Assembly: GCA_045105515.1 (NCBI GenBank)
Contig: JBGCDR010000028.1
Span: 1 to 62,140 of the forward strand
Direction of reading: 5' to 3'
Source of the DNA: Oligoflexales bacterium
Lineage (GTDB): Bacteria > Bdellovibrionota_B > Oligoflexia > Oligoflexales > Bog-1112
DNA: 62,140 nucleotides
The notes under the pieces are model-generated. The model was not told the origin of the DNA, did not search any database, and worked only from the letters and a program-made list of their open reading frames with translations. The position numbers and the translations under genes are program-made. Below, piece by piece: positions 29,264-37,936 of this stretch. Numbering within the stretch: the first letter of the stretch is position 1; each line of letters begins with the position of its first letter.

Positions 29264-30437
29264 ACTGATTGCTGCGGTACTAAATGAGCCATGGGCAGCA
29301 ACTTCTGAGGAAGTTCAAAAAGTTTGGACTGTAGTTAATGGTTTAGGCGATCCTCAGTCGTTGAGAGCTAAGTTAGATAAGCCTTTAGAGCAAACTAAGT
29401 ATACGAAGGTGAGAGAAGGAGTTGCCATTGTTTCTATCAATGGGCCTCTTGTACGCTACGCCGGGGTTATGAGCGATATCTCTGGAGCAACTTCATATGA
29501 TGCTATTGCAAGGGATCTCAATAAAGCTTCTGAAGATCCAAGCATACGAACAATTGTACTTGAGATTAACTCGGGAGGCGGGACGGTAACAAGCTGCAGT
29601 GAGCTTGCGTCCCACATCCAAAATGTTTCGAAAACAAATCAAGATGGTACTTCGATTGTAGCATATGTAGATGGTCAGTGCTGTTCTGCTGCATACTGGC
29701 TTGCCTCAGCATGTTCAAGAATTTATGCCTCTGACACAGCCATCATCGGTTCTATAGGGGTGCAGATGATAGCTAATGCTGATGATAAAGTTGATGGAGA
29801 AATAACATTCCTCTCCTCGCAATCACCTAATAAAAATGCTCCAGTTTCTAGTAAAGAAGGGAAAGCAGAACGCCAACGGATCGTTGATGATTTGGCAGAA
29901 GTCTTTGTAGGTGCAGTTGCTCAATACAGAGGTCTAAGCAAAGAAGAAGTTCTTAAAAACTACGGTCAAGGTTCCGTTTTTGTTAGCTCAGAAGCCTTAG
30001 AGCGAGGCTTAATCGATGAAATTTCTACGATGGAAAATCTATTAGGAGAGATTATGGAATTAAATGCTGGGGTAGTGAGGGAGAAACACCCTGAAGCTTA
30101 TCAAGAGATCTTCGAGGAAGGCGCAGCAAGCGTCAATTTTAAGAGTATCGAGGCGGAAGCAGCACACTTGGAGAAGGAAAGGATCTTAGGGATTCTAGGT
30201 CTTAAAGGAAGCGAAAAACTCACCCTAGAGCTTATAAAAAATGCTTCCTCTGTCGGTGATGCCGCAATTGCATTTCGAAAAGATGAAATTGTTAATGGTA
30301 GGGATGCGCTAAGCTTGATGCAAGAAGCAGATGACGAGCTGAACGCACCTAGCAACAATCCCCAAGCAACAAGCATTTCCGATGTGGATCAAGCTGCTAA
30401 GGATATCGCTGAAATGAAAAGAATAGGAGTATTTTAA
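29229..30437 (+). CDS. S49 prohead protease (gpC-like) with C-terminal scaffold region
   Basis: INSGGG, CSAAYWLASA, GSIGV, GLID. Confidence 0.92.
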   Translation: MQRSRKILKKNRLIAAVLNEPWAATSEEVQKVWTVVNGLGDPQSLRAKLDKPLEQTKYTKVREGVAIVSINGPLVRYAGVMSDISGATSYDAIARDLNKASEDPSIRTIVLEINSGGGTVTSCSELASHIQNVSKTNQDGTSIVAYVDGQCCSAAYWLASACSRIYASDTAIIGSIGVQMIANADDKVDGEITFLSSQSPNKNAPVSSKEGKAERQRIVDDLAEVFVGAVAQYRGLSKEEVLKNYGQGSVFVSSEALERGLIDEISTMENLLGEIMELNAGVVREKHPEAYQEIFEEGAASVNFKSIEAEAAHLEKERILGILGLKGSEKLTLELIKNASSVGDAAIAFRKDEIVNGRDALSLMQEADDELNAPSNNPQATSISDVDQAAKDIAEMKRIGVF

Positions 30438-30439
30438 TT

Positions 30440-30904
30440 ATGCATTATAGATTCGAACCAGGAATGGGCGATTTAGGAGAAACTAGTCCCAAGTTTCTAC
30501 ATGCAGGGGACTTCCCAATAGTCACGCGAAGCATAGTTGTAAAACAAGGACAAAAGCTAGCGTATGGGTCAGTAGTCGGTCGCATTGATGGTGACGATGC
30601 ACAGCATGTCTTGTGCTGCAAAATAAGTACTCCTGCTGCTACTGCGGAACAACCAAACCCACAGGCTGTCGCAGTTGCAGATGGCTCCGAGAAGCCTCAG
30701 GGGATTCTTAGCGAAGATGTTGATGCATCCGAAGGCGATAAAGAAGCTGTCATCTATCTAACAGGACAGTTTAATTACAACGCAATGAATTTTGGTGAAG
30801 GCTATGCAGATGAAAATGGAGTTCCTAGCCAAGATATTACAGACAGGCTAAGAATCTTAAATATTTACATGGAAAAAGGTGTAAAAGCTCACCCTAGAAC
30901 ATAG
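30440..30904 (+). CDS. Head decoration protein (gpD-like)
   Basis: GSVVG, DGSEKPQGIL, YLTGQFN. Confidence 0.85.
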   Translation: MHYRFEPGMGDLGETSPKFLHAGDFPIVTRSIVVKQGQKLAYGSVVGRIDGDDAQHVLCCKISTPAATAEQPNPQAVAVADGSEKPQGILSEDVDASEGDKEAVIYLTGQFNYNAMNFGEGYADENGVPSQDITDRLRILNIYMEKGVKAHPRT

Positions 30905-30950
30905 CTAACTGATATATCAAATAGCTACAAACGATAAAGAAGGAAATCTT

Positions 30951-32015
30951 ATGGATATTTACTCTACAAGCTATATGATGGGGGTGGTCCGAGCTTTCGA
31001 GCTTGATATGGACAACTACTTTCTCAAGACTTTCTTTCCATCTCAAGTTAGTCATACAACTGAGCAGATCGTATTTGACACGATCGAAAACAGCCATAGA
31101 ATTGCTAATTTTGTCCATCCGGACGCCAAAGCACCAGTGACTGAAGACCTTGGTTATTCCACTAAGTTTGTCAAACCTGCGTATATCAAGGAACTTAGGG
31201 TTCATACACCTGACAGAAATATTAAAAGGTCAGTAGGCGAGCCTATTACAGGGACTATGAGTCCTGAGCAGCGCAGTAAAATCAATATGAATCTTGCGAT
31301 CAAGGACGCGATGGAAATGGTGGAGCGTCGCAAGGAAAAAATGGCTTTTGATGCTTGCCTAGATGCAAAGGTCGAGATTAAAGGCAAAGGATTAGATACT
31401 GAAGTAGACTTTGGAAGATCGGATAAGCTTGAAATTACTCTTGGTGAGTCGGAAGGCTTTACAGATGAATTTTGGCAAAAATGGGATCATAAAGATAATG
31501 ACAACGGGTCACTCGATGCTGACCTTCATACGCAATTCTCAATATTGGCAGAGCATTTCTTTGACATAGCAAAAGTCTCGCCCACTCATACTATCATGAC
31601 AAGCGCGACCTTCAGACAAATTGTCTTAAACCCTAGAGTTAGAGAGCTTTTGGACTTTAGAAGAGGTGATGATTCAGACATTTATCTAGGGGCGCGAAAA
31701 GCTCATTATGGCATTAGGTATGCAGGGCGATTGGGAGAGTTTCCAATTTTTACCTACCGAAACGAGTACCAAGACGAAACTGGTAAAACAGTTCAGTTTT
31801 TGAAAGACGGTTATGTCATGTTCCTCAGCACACAGCTTGAAGGGGTTAGGCATTACGGAATGATCCATGATTTTGGGGCTAAATTACAGGCTCTTCCTTA
31901 CTATGCAGACTCTTGGACAGAGAAAAACCCAAGCAAACGCTTATTCCAAATCCAATGCTCACCGCTTATGGTTCCTTATCGTCCAAATTGTAGCATGAAG
32001 GTAAAAGTATTGTGA
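30951..32015 (+). CDS. Major capsid protein (lambda gpE family)
   Basis: FLKTFF, KPAYIK, VDFGR, NPS...CSPLMVP. Confidence 0.92.
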   Translation: MDIYSTSYMMGVVRAFELDMDNYFLKTFFPSQVSHTTEQIVFDTIENSHRIANFVHPDAKAPVTEDLGYSTKFVKPAYIKELRVHTPDRNIKRSVGEPITGTMSPEQRSKINMNLAIKDAMEMVERRKEKMAFDACLDAKVEIKGKGLDTEVDFGRSDKLEITLGESEGFTDEFWQKWDHKDNDNGSLDADLHTQFSILAEHFFDIAKVSPTHTIMTSATFRQIVLNPRVRELLDFRRGDDSDIYLGARKAHYGIRYAGRLGEFPIFTYRNEYQDETGKTVQFLKDGYVMFLSTQLEGVRHYGMIHDFGAKLQALPYYADSWTEKNPSKRLFQIQCSPLMVPYRPNCSMKVKVL

Positions 32016-32305
32016 TTCAGACGGAAGAGGATCTTAAAGCGTTTACAAAGGGATTTGGCGAGACTGTCATGGTCGATGGTCGCCCGGTCTCTGTGGTTTT
32101 CTCCAAGGGGTCTACTAAGGAAAGGACTATAAGAGGCACTGTGATTAGTGATTCCCGATCTTTTCTTGTCGGTATTATCTCTTGGGCAGAAGAAAATTCT
32201 AAGGTTGAGGTGGATGGGCAGCATTTTGAGATCGATGAGATTCAGGAAAAAGCAGGAATATACAGCTACTACCTAAGGAGGGTTTGGGATGAGCAGGATA
32301 GCTAG
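32012..32305 (+). CDS. Head-tail joining protein
   Basis: FGE motif; position after capsid. Confidence 0.6.
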   Translation: MIQTEEDLKAFTKGFGETVMVDGRPVSVVFSKGSTKERTIRGTVISDSRSFLVGIISWAEENSKVEVDGQHFEIDEIQEKAGIYSYYLRRVWDEQDS

Positions 32306-32702
32306 ACTTAAGTTTTTAGCAGAATCAGCCTTAAAAGAAGTTCTTCCTGGTTTTCGCTTTGCAGATTCTGAAGAGAGCGTGGGAGCTAGCAAGACCCCGT
32401 TAGTTGCTCTCTCATCTGACGCTGGCACTGATTTCGAGACTACTGATTATGGGACGATAAGAGGGAGGACTAGTCTAAAGGTAGATGTTTACCTCTGTCT
32501 AGGTCGAGACTTAGGTATAAAGACAAAAGAGGATACTGATACCCTACAGAATAAGGTTAGGAAATCAATTGTAAATGATAAGGATATTTGTAGGGAATAT
32601 TTAAAGGCTTGGTGCAGCAAAATAATGGCTATGGATATCCCTGGAGAAAATAATCTAAGGGTTTTATGCCATGACTTTGAAGTGAGTTGGCTCGATGTAT
32701 GA
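32289..32702 (+). CDS. Putative tail completion/terminator protein
   Basis: Synteny and size. Confidence 0.5.
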   Translation: MSRIARLKFLAESALKEVLPGFRFADSEESVGASKTPLVALSSDAGTDFETTDYGTIRGRTSLKVDVYLCLGRDLGIKTKEDTDTLQNKVRKSIVNDKDICREYLKAWCSKIMAMDIPGENNLRVLCHDFEVSWLDV

Positions 32703-33210
32703 GGAAATTGATCAAGAATTCTTACTTGAAGAGATTATTGATAGGCTTAATAATCTGATTCGCATTGGTCAGGTTTGCGAAGTTGGATTAGATGGAAAAG
32801 TTAAAGTTAAGATTGGTGAAATCACTACAGACTGGCTAGATGTTTTGCAGAATAGAGCGGGAAAGAGTATTAAAATATACTCCCCGCCTGAACCTGGTGA
32901 GTCAGTTCTTATTATCTCACCGATGGGTGACTTAGAGCAAGGTTACGTGCTACCTGGTCTTTTTACTGACGCAATTCCAGTACCTAAGAGTACTAGCGAG
33001 GCCCAGAAATATGTTTCAAATGGTAGCCAGCTTACCCTTACATTAAGCCCTGGTAAGTTTGGTGTGCTCAATGAAAAAGGCTCATTAATTGCATCAATTG
33101 CAGATGCTTTTGATTCTTTGAAAACTGCGACTGCAGGGGGGAATGCCATTACTCTCCAAGAGCCATTTCAAACTGCCTTAGAAAAAATTAAGTCTTTCGA
33201 CAGCAAATAA
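32695..33210 (+). CDS. Baseplate assembly protein V (spike)
   Basis: NLIRIG, TDWL...RAG, PPEPGE.V, GDLEQGYVLPG. Confidence 0.9.
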   Translation: MYEEIDQEFLLEEIIDRLNNLIRIGQVCEVGLDGKVKVKIGEITTDWLDVLQNRAGKSIKIYSPPEPGESVLIISPMGDLEQGYVLPGLFTDAIPVPKSTSEAQKYVSNGSQLTLTLSPGKFGVLNEKGSLIASIADAFDSLKTATAGGNAITLQEPFQTALEKIKSFDSK

Positions 33211-33264
33211 ACAAATATACCTTCAAAAACGAAAAATAGTTTTGCGAATATAGGAGATCTGATA

Positions 33265-33591
33265 ATGGTAAGTGGTATGTGTGAGCGTACTGGGAAACTC
33301 ATTAAAGGCAGAGAATTCCTGAGTCAATCCATTAGAAGGGTTCTTCTAACTCCTAAACGCTCCATGCTTGGAATGAGAGACTTTGGTAGCGATTTTTTGG
33401 TCTACTTAGATCAACCACAGAACGCTGAGACACTCTTAGATATTTCTTCTGAAGTTTCTATAGCATTAGAAAGTCAGATCAAAGGATTGAAGCTTATAAA
33501 TGTAAGTCTTAAATCATTGGAAAAAAATGGGGAAATGAATCTTATTGCCAAGGTTTCAGATGGATTAGAAGAGTGGACAGAAAGGATTTGA
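33265..33591 (+). CDS. Baseplate protein W / gp25 family
   Basis: GM...TG, QSI..VLLTP, RDFGS...DQP. Confidence 0.88.
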   Translation: MVSGMCERTGKLIKGREFLSQSIRRVLLTPKRSMLGMRDFGSDFLVYLDQPQNAETLLDISSEVSIALESQIKGLKLINVSLKSLEKNGEMNLIAKVSDGLEEWTERI

Positions 33592-34397
33592 CATTGAAAG
33601 TTAAGAATGCACCCGAAGTATTTGACTATGAGGATAAAGGCGTTATAGAGAAAAGGCTGCTAGAGCGTAGTGGCCTGGATAGCGAGTTATCAGAAGCAGA
33701 TCCGGCAAAGGCTATTGTATCTGCAATAGCAATGGAGTTATGTGATTTTAAATCATACGCAAACAATATTGCGCTCACCCAGTTTCGAAAATGGCACGAA
33801 GAAAGGGCTCCGAAGAGATTTGGCTATGGCGAAGACTACGAAAGCAGGATCAAAAATGACTTTAAGAATAAGTATCCTGTTGATGGAAGCAATAAAAAAG
33901 AAGTGATTGTAGATGCTAAAGTGGTCCGGGCTATTGATATTGTAAGCGAGGATGAGCAAGAAGAATCATACGGGAAGCTAATTATCTATGTCAGGTCTGC
34001 CTATCCTACGGGAGAATGTTCCTTTGCAATCATTCAGGAAATGCAGGATTTTATCAATAAGGATGACAATAAGATAAAAACCGACACTATAATCGTGCGA
34101 TCAATCAAGCCAGTTCCATTTGACTTAAACGCAACCCTAGACCTTTACCCTACTTCGCCTCCCAGTGATGTGGAGAAGATTGCTCATGCTTTTCTCAATG
34201 AGATTGAGTCAATTAGAAATATTGGCGCTCCTATAGAAATTAGCTGGCTTTACTCGATCCTGCATGGACATAAGCTGAAAATTACCGGTGTTAAGAGTGT
34301 TGACTTGTCCAAAACCAAGATTCCAAAGATAGGTCCAGGCGAATGCTTCTACCTGTCTGAGTGTTCCATTAAGCCAGGGAGTTATAGGTTTGACTGA
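33573..34397 (+). CDS. Baseplate J-like protein
   Basis: EADPA, TDTIIV, SILH..GVKSV; synteny. Confidence 0.8.
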   Translation: MDRKDLTLKVKNAPEVFDYEDKGVIEKRLLERSGLDSELSEADPAKAIVSAIAMELCDFKSYANNIALTQFRKWHEERAPKRFGYGEDYESRIKNDFKNKYPVDGSNKKEVIVDAKVVRAIDIVSEDEQEESYGKLIIYVRSAYPTGECSFAIIQEMQDFINKDDNKIKTDTIIVRSIKPVPFDLNATLDLYPTSPPSDVEKIAHAFLNEIESIRNIGAPIEISWLYSILHGHKLKITGVKSVDLSKTKIPKIGPGECFYLSECSIKPGSYRFD

Positions 34398-34932
34398 AAA
34401 GATTGAAGAAAAGATCATAGCTGCCTTCCAAGATGAACTAGGAAGCCTAGTACTCACTAAGCTTAAGGCGGAAGATGATGAAACCAGAAAAAAGTTTTTC
34501 GAATGGTTCATGTATGAATTTGGCTTAGATATTCTATTTCCCTTTATTGGAGTTAAAGCTCTTTCAGATGACGCCAAAGAGTGGGACCGGATTAGAGGCT
34601 CAAAGAAAGCTCTTAAGATGGCCCTTGAATGGATCGGTCATAAAGACTCGGAAGTGGAGACATTTGGACCTACAGCGAATTTCTATCGCTACCAGGTAGA
34701 GCTGAAAGGAGAGGAGGTTCCAGATGCCGAAGAGATTCAGAAAATCAGAGATATAGCTGGGATTTCCTCTGCTCATAGGGATGAACTTTTTAGGATTTAC
34801 AAAAAAGAATTTAACATTAAAAACCTGAAATTAGGTGAAAGAAAGCTAGGTAGTTCAATGCTATCTGATTACTCGGGAATAAAAGTAGACGGTATAAAGC
34901 TAGCACTCAAGAAGGAGCAGATATGCAGGTAG
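34390..34932 (+). CDS. Tail/baseplate protein I-like
   Basis: WDRIRGSKKALKMALEWIG. Confidence 0.75.
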   Translation: MTEKIEEKIIAAFQDELGSLVLTKLKAEDDETRKKFFEWFMYEFGLDILFPFIGVKALSDDAKEWDRIRGSKKALKMALEWIGHKDSEVETFGPTANFYRYQVELKGEEVPDAEEIQKIRDIAGISSAHRDELFRIYKKEFNIKNLKLGERKLGSSMLSDYSGIKVDGIKLALKKEQICR

Positions 34933-35828
34933 CAAATAGATTTGATGCGACTAAAAACTACGTTGGAATGGGTTTCCATCCCAGAGTACTACAGGATTCT
35001 GAGATGAATGAGCTTGTTAGTATCATTCAACATCAGCAAAAAATGATAAATTTACTCCTTTACCCTGAAGGTACTTTGATAAAAGGTGGGGTCGTAGCAA
35101 CTGAAGATGGTTTTAGGGGGAGTCAGGCTACTATTCTCGTTGATGGCTACTATCTCCATGTGCCTGAAAAATCTGTTCCTACAGAAAAAAGCGCTCTTAT
35201 TGGTATTAAGTACCGAGCTAAAACATTAACTGCAAAGATGGATGAAAGCCTCCGAGATGCGAACAAGGAAAGTATCAACTATGGTATGCCTGGAGCGGAT
35301 AGGCTTGCATATGACGTGGAATGGTCCCATGAAGGAGATGTGCTAGGCCCTGAATGGAAGTTTACTGCTACCCATGAACTGGTAGAGGGTGTGCTCAAGG
35401 CGTCGAAACCAGTTCATAATTTGCGGTTTTTATCCAATCTTTCATATGATGCAATCGTTGGCCCGGGCGGATATACAAGTATTCCCGAAGCGCTTAATTC
35501 ATTGGGAGAGAATTCAAAAGTTCTTGTGACTGGAGATGGTTCATATAGTAAGCCCATTCTGATTAAGAAAAACTACACGGAAATTCACTTTGCCAGTGGT
35601 GTTCACTGTAGGTTCAACGACGACTTCAATGGTGATGCGCTATTTAATGTTGCTGAAAACATCCACGCAAACATCAAAGGTGGAATATTCCCCTCTATAG
35701 GCAAAAATAAAAAGCTCTGTATCGCTAAAACTAAAACAGTCTTTGTCTCTGAAGTGTACTTAAGCGAAAGCGAAATCAACCTACCAGACGCAGTAGAAAA
35801 CTGTGAAATATTTGGAATAAGAGGCTAA
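34923..35828 (+). CDS. Tail/baseplate-associated protein (DUF4815-like N-terminus)
   Basis: NRFD..KNY, LQDSEMNE, LRD...NYGMPGADRL. Confidence 0.65.
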   Translation: MQVANRFDATKNYVGMGFHPRVLQDSEMNELVSIIQHQQKMINLLLYPEGTLIKGGVVATEDGFRGSQATILVDGYYLHVPEKSVPTEKSALIGIKYRAKTLTAKMDESLRDANKESINYGMPGADRLAYDVEWSHEGDVLGPEWKFTATHELVEGVLKASKPVHNLRFLSNLSYDAIVGPGGYTSIPEALNSLGENSKVLVTGDGSYSKPILIKKNYTEIHFASGVHCRFNDDFNGDALFNVAENIHANIKGGIFPSIGKNKKLCIAKTKTVFVSEVYLSESEINLPDAVENCEIFGIRG

Positions 35829-37015
35829 TGATGGAAGAGATCCACGGAATAAAAATACATGAGGATACATCCGGCCCTCGCCCCATTAGAGTCAGGGGGA
35901 CTTCTATTATCGGCTTAATCGGTGAAGCTAGTGGAGCTGATGCTAAGTATTGGCCAGTCAATACACCAGTACTGGTAAGCCAGCACCCAGATTCTTTTAG
36001 TGAAGAGAGGAAGCTTGATCCTGCTACGAATCTGTATAAGGCTCTCAAAACTATTTTTGATGAACAGCCAACTTATGTGGTGCTCATTAGAATGGAAGGT
36101 GAGATCGATGCCGCAAAGACCGTTAAGCTGTTTGAAAGGTCTGAGTCAATTACTGGTAAGACCCCGAAGATCTTATGTACAAACGGCTACACAGCCACGC
36201 TTGTTTCTGATGCGGTAGATCCTGTGCTTCAAGCATTTACGGCTACTGCTAAAAAGATAAGAGCAATCGTAGTCACTGATGTCGCAGTATCTAGCGAAAG
36301 CTTTGACTATACAGACTTTGATCAGTATGAATCTGAGCTGGAAAAGTACCTGAAGGCAAATAAGCATCATAGAATTTACCCTGCCTTTGGTAAGGTCAGG
36401 ATACAAGTAGGTAAAACTGATGTGCCAGTTCCTGCAAGTTTACTTACGTCTGCACTAATTGTCAAAAACGACAATGAACGTAGGTGGTCACAAAGTCCAT
36501 CCAATATCAGAGCTGAGTCAATACAAGCGATTGAACACCCTGTAAGCTTCTCACTAACTGACCCTAAATGCGAAGCTAATCGCTTAAATAAGCTAGGGGT
36601 AGCCTGCATTATCAAATACGAGGGAGCTTTTAAACTATGGGGCAATAAAGGTCTAGGCTGCCTTGAAGAAGATACTCGGTATCAGTTCATTAATATCATC
36701 CGTACCTACGATATTATGATTGATTCGCTGCTAAGCTCCCATATGTGGGCTATGGATCTTGGGATATCACCAACCTATATGGAAGATGTCGCAACCTCAC
36801 AAAACATTTTTTATTCTAGGCTTAAACGTGACGGTCACATTGTAAAAGCAGAATGTATACCAAGCACAGAACGCACCAGCGAAGATGAAATACTATCAGG
36901 AAATGTTTACTGGACCATTAAATGGTGCGGCATTTACCCAGCAAATACCCTTAATTTTGGTGTGATTATGGAAACAGCATACCTCAAAGATTTTATGGTA
37001 GGAGGTGATGAATGA
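35828..37015 (+). CDS. Contractile tail sheath (P2 FI-like)
   Basis: HGI...E, SIIGLIG, SPSN, ANRLN, LWGN. Confidence 0.92.
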   Translation: MMEEIHGIKIHEDTSGPRPIRVRGTSIIGLIGEASGADAKYWPVNTPVLVSQHPDSFSEERKLDPATNLYKALKTIFDEQPTYVVLIRMEGEIDAAKTVKLFERSESITGKTPKILCTNGYTATLVSDAVDPVLQAFTATAKKIRAIVVTDVAVSSESFDYTDFDQYESELEKYLKANKHHRIYPAFGKVRIQVGKTDVPVPASLLTSALIVKNDNERRWSQSPSNIRAESIQAIEHPVSFSLTDPKCEANRLNKLGVACIIKYEGAFKLWGNKGLGCLEEDTRYQFINIIRTYDIMIDSLLSSHMWAMDLGISPTYMEDVATSQNIFYSRLKRDGHIVKAECIPSTERTSEDEILSGNVYWTIKWCGIYPANTLNFGVIMETAYLKDFMVGGDE

Positions 37016-37530
37016 TACCTGGAAATGTACCAAGTACTTTTACTGATTTTAATATTAGCCTAAACGGACAGGGGTTTTTGGGGCGCTGCAATTTTATTGA
37101 GCTGCCGAAGCTTAAGAAGAAGACTGAGGAAAAAAGATATGCTGGTAGCCAAACTCCTGTGAAACAGTTCATGGGCTTTGAAGCTATGGAAACAAAGATA
37201 AGTTTTCCCTGCTTTGTCAAAGAAGTTTACCAGATGTTTGCCATTGATGGTCGAATAGCAGTCATTACTGCAAGGGGGGCTTACAAAGCAGAAGGGGGAG
37301 TAGCTCAGCCTTGCGTGGTTGTTATTGGTGGAAAGTTCGAAGAAATTGATCCTGGTAAGTGGCAATCAGGGGAAGTCAACGAGTTCACAGTTACTGTAGA
37401 CACCAGGCTTCTATCGATTACCTATGCAGGTCAGCAAGTGGTCAATATTGATGCTGATAATTCAATCTACACCATAGGTGGGGTTGTGGACTCTAACTTG
37501 GATGTTAAGCAATCTATAGGAATGATTTAG
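37012..37530 (+). CDS. Tail tube (P2 FII-like)
   Basis: LPKL, MGFE.ME, RGA, IDPGKW, IDADN...IGG. Confidence 0.9.
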   Translation: MIPGNVPSTFTDFNISLNGQGFLGRCNFIELPKLKKKTEEKRYAGSQTPVKQFMGFEAMETKISFPCFVKEVYQMFAIDGRIAVITARGAYKAEGGVAQPCVVVIGGKFEEIDPGKWQSGEVNEFTVTVDTRLLSITYAGQQVVNIDADNSIYTIGGVVDSNLDVKQSIGMI

Positions 37531-37532
37531 TT

Positions 37533-37832
37533 ATGATTAAAAAGACTATTAAATTTTCAAATGAGTATGAATTCGAAGGTAAAAAAATCACTAACTGTGA
37601 GCTTAGAAAACCTAAACTCAAGGACCGAAATCAAGCTCTAAAGGTAGCTAGAGCTAATGGGTTCGACGAGGAAGAAACGGAAGCACTCATCTATGCAAAC
37701 CTTACGGATCTACCACTTGAGTTTGTAAACGAATGCATCTACCAGGATGATTACAACAAAATCACCGGAGCCTACCTCGATTTTTTAGGTTTAGACCCGA
37801 GCAAATTAATTATGTCGCGGCTTACCTCGTAA
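37533..37832 (+). CDS. Tail assembly chaperone (P2 gpE-like)
   Basis: LRKPKLKD, ANLT, DDY; slippery T TTT TTA near the 3' end. Confidence 0.85.
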   Translation: MIKKTIKFSNEYEFEGKKITNCELRKPKLKDRNQALKVARANGFDEEETEALIYANLTDLPLEFVNECIYQDDYNKITGAYLDFLGLDPSKLIMSRLTS

Positions 37833-37933
37833 AACTTGGTCTTACTTACTCAGAAGCTTGGGAAATGGAAGAGGACGAAGCAAAAGAGTTTATCGAGAAT
37901 ATGCATAAGATCAACAAGCAGATTTACGGTTAA
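37781..37933 (+). CDS. gpE'-like -1 frameshift extension of the tail chaperone (not in the ORF track)
   Basis: -1 frame open from the slippery site to TAA 37931-37933: FRFRPEQINYVAAYLVKLGLTYSEAWEMEEDEAKEFIENMHKINKQIYG. Confidence 0.8.
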   Translation, partial: FFRFRPEQINYVAAYLVKLGLTYSEAWEMEEDEAKEFIENMHKINKQIYG

Positions 37934-37936
37934 AGC

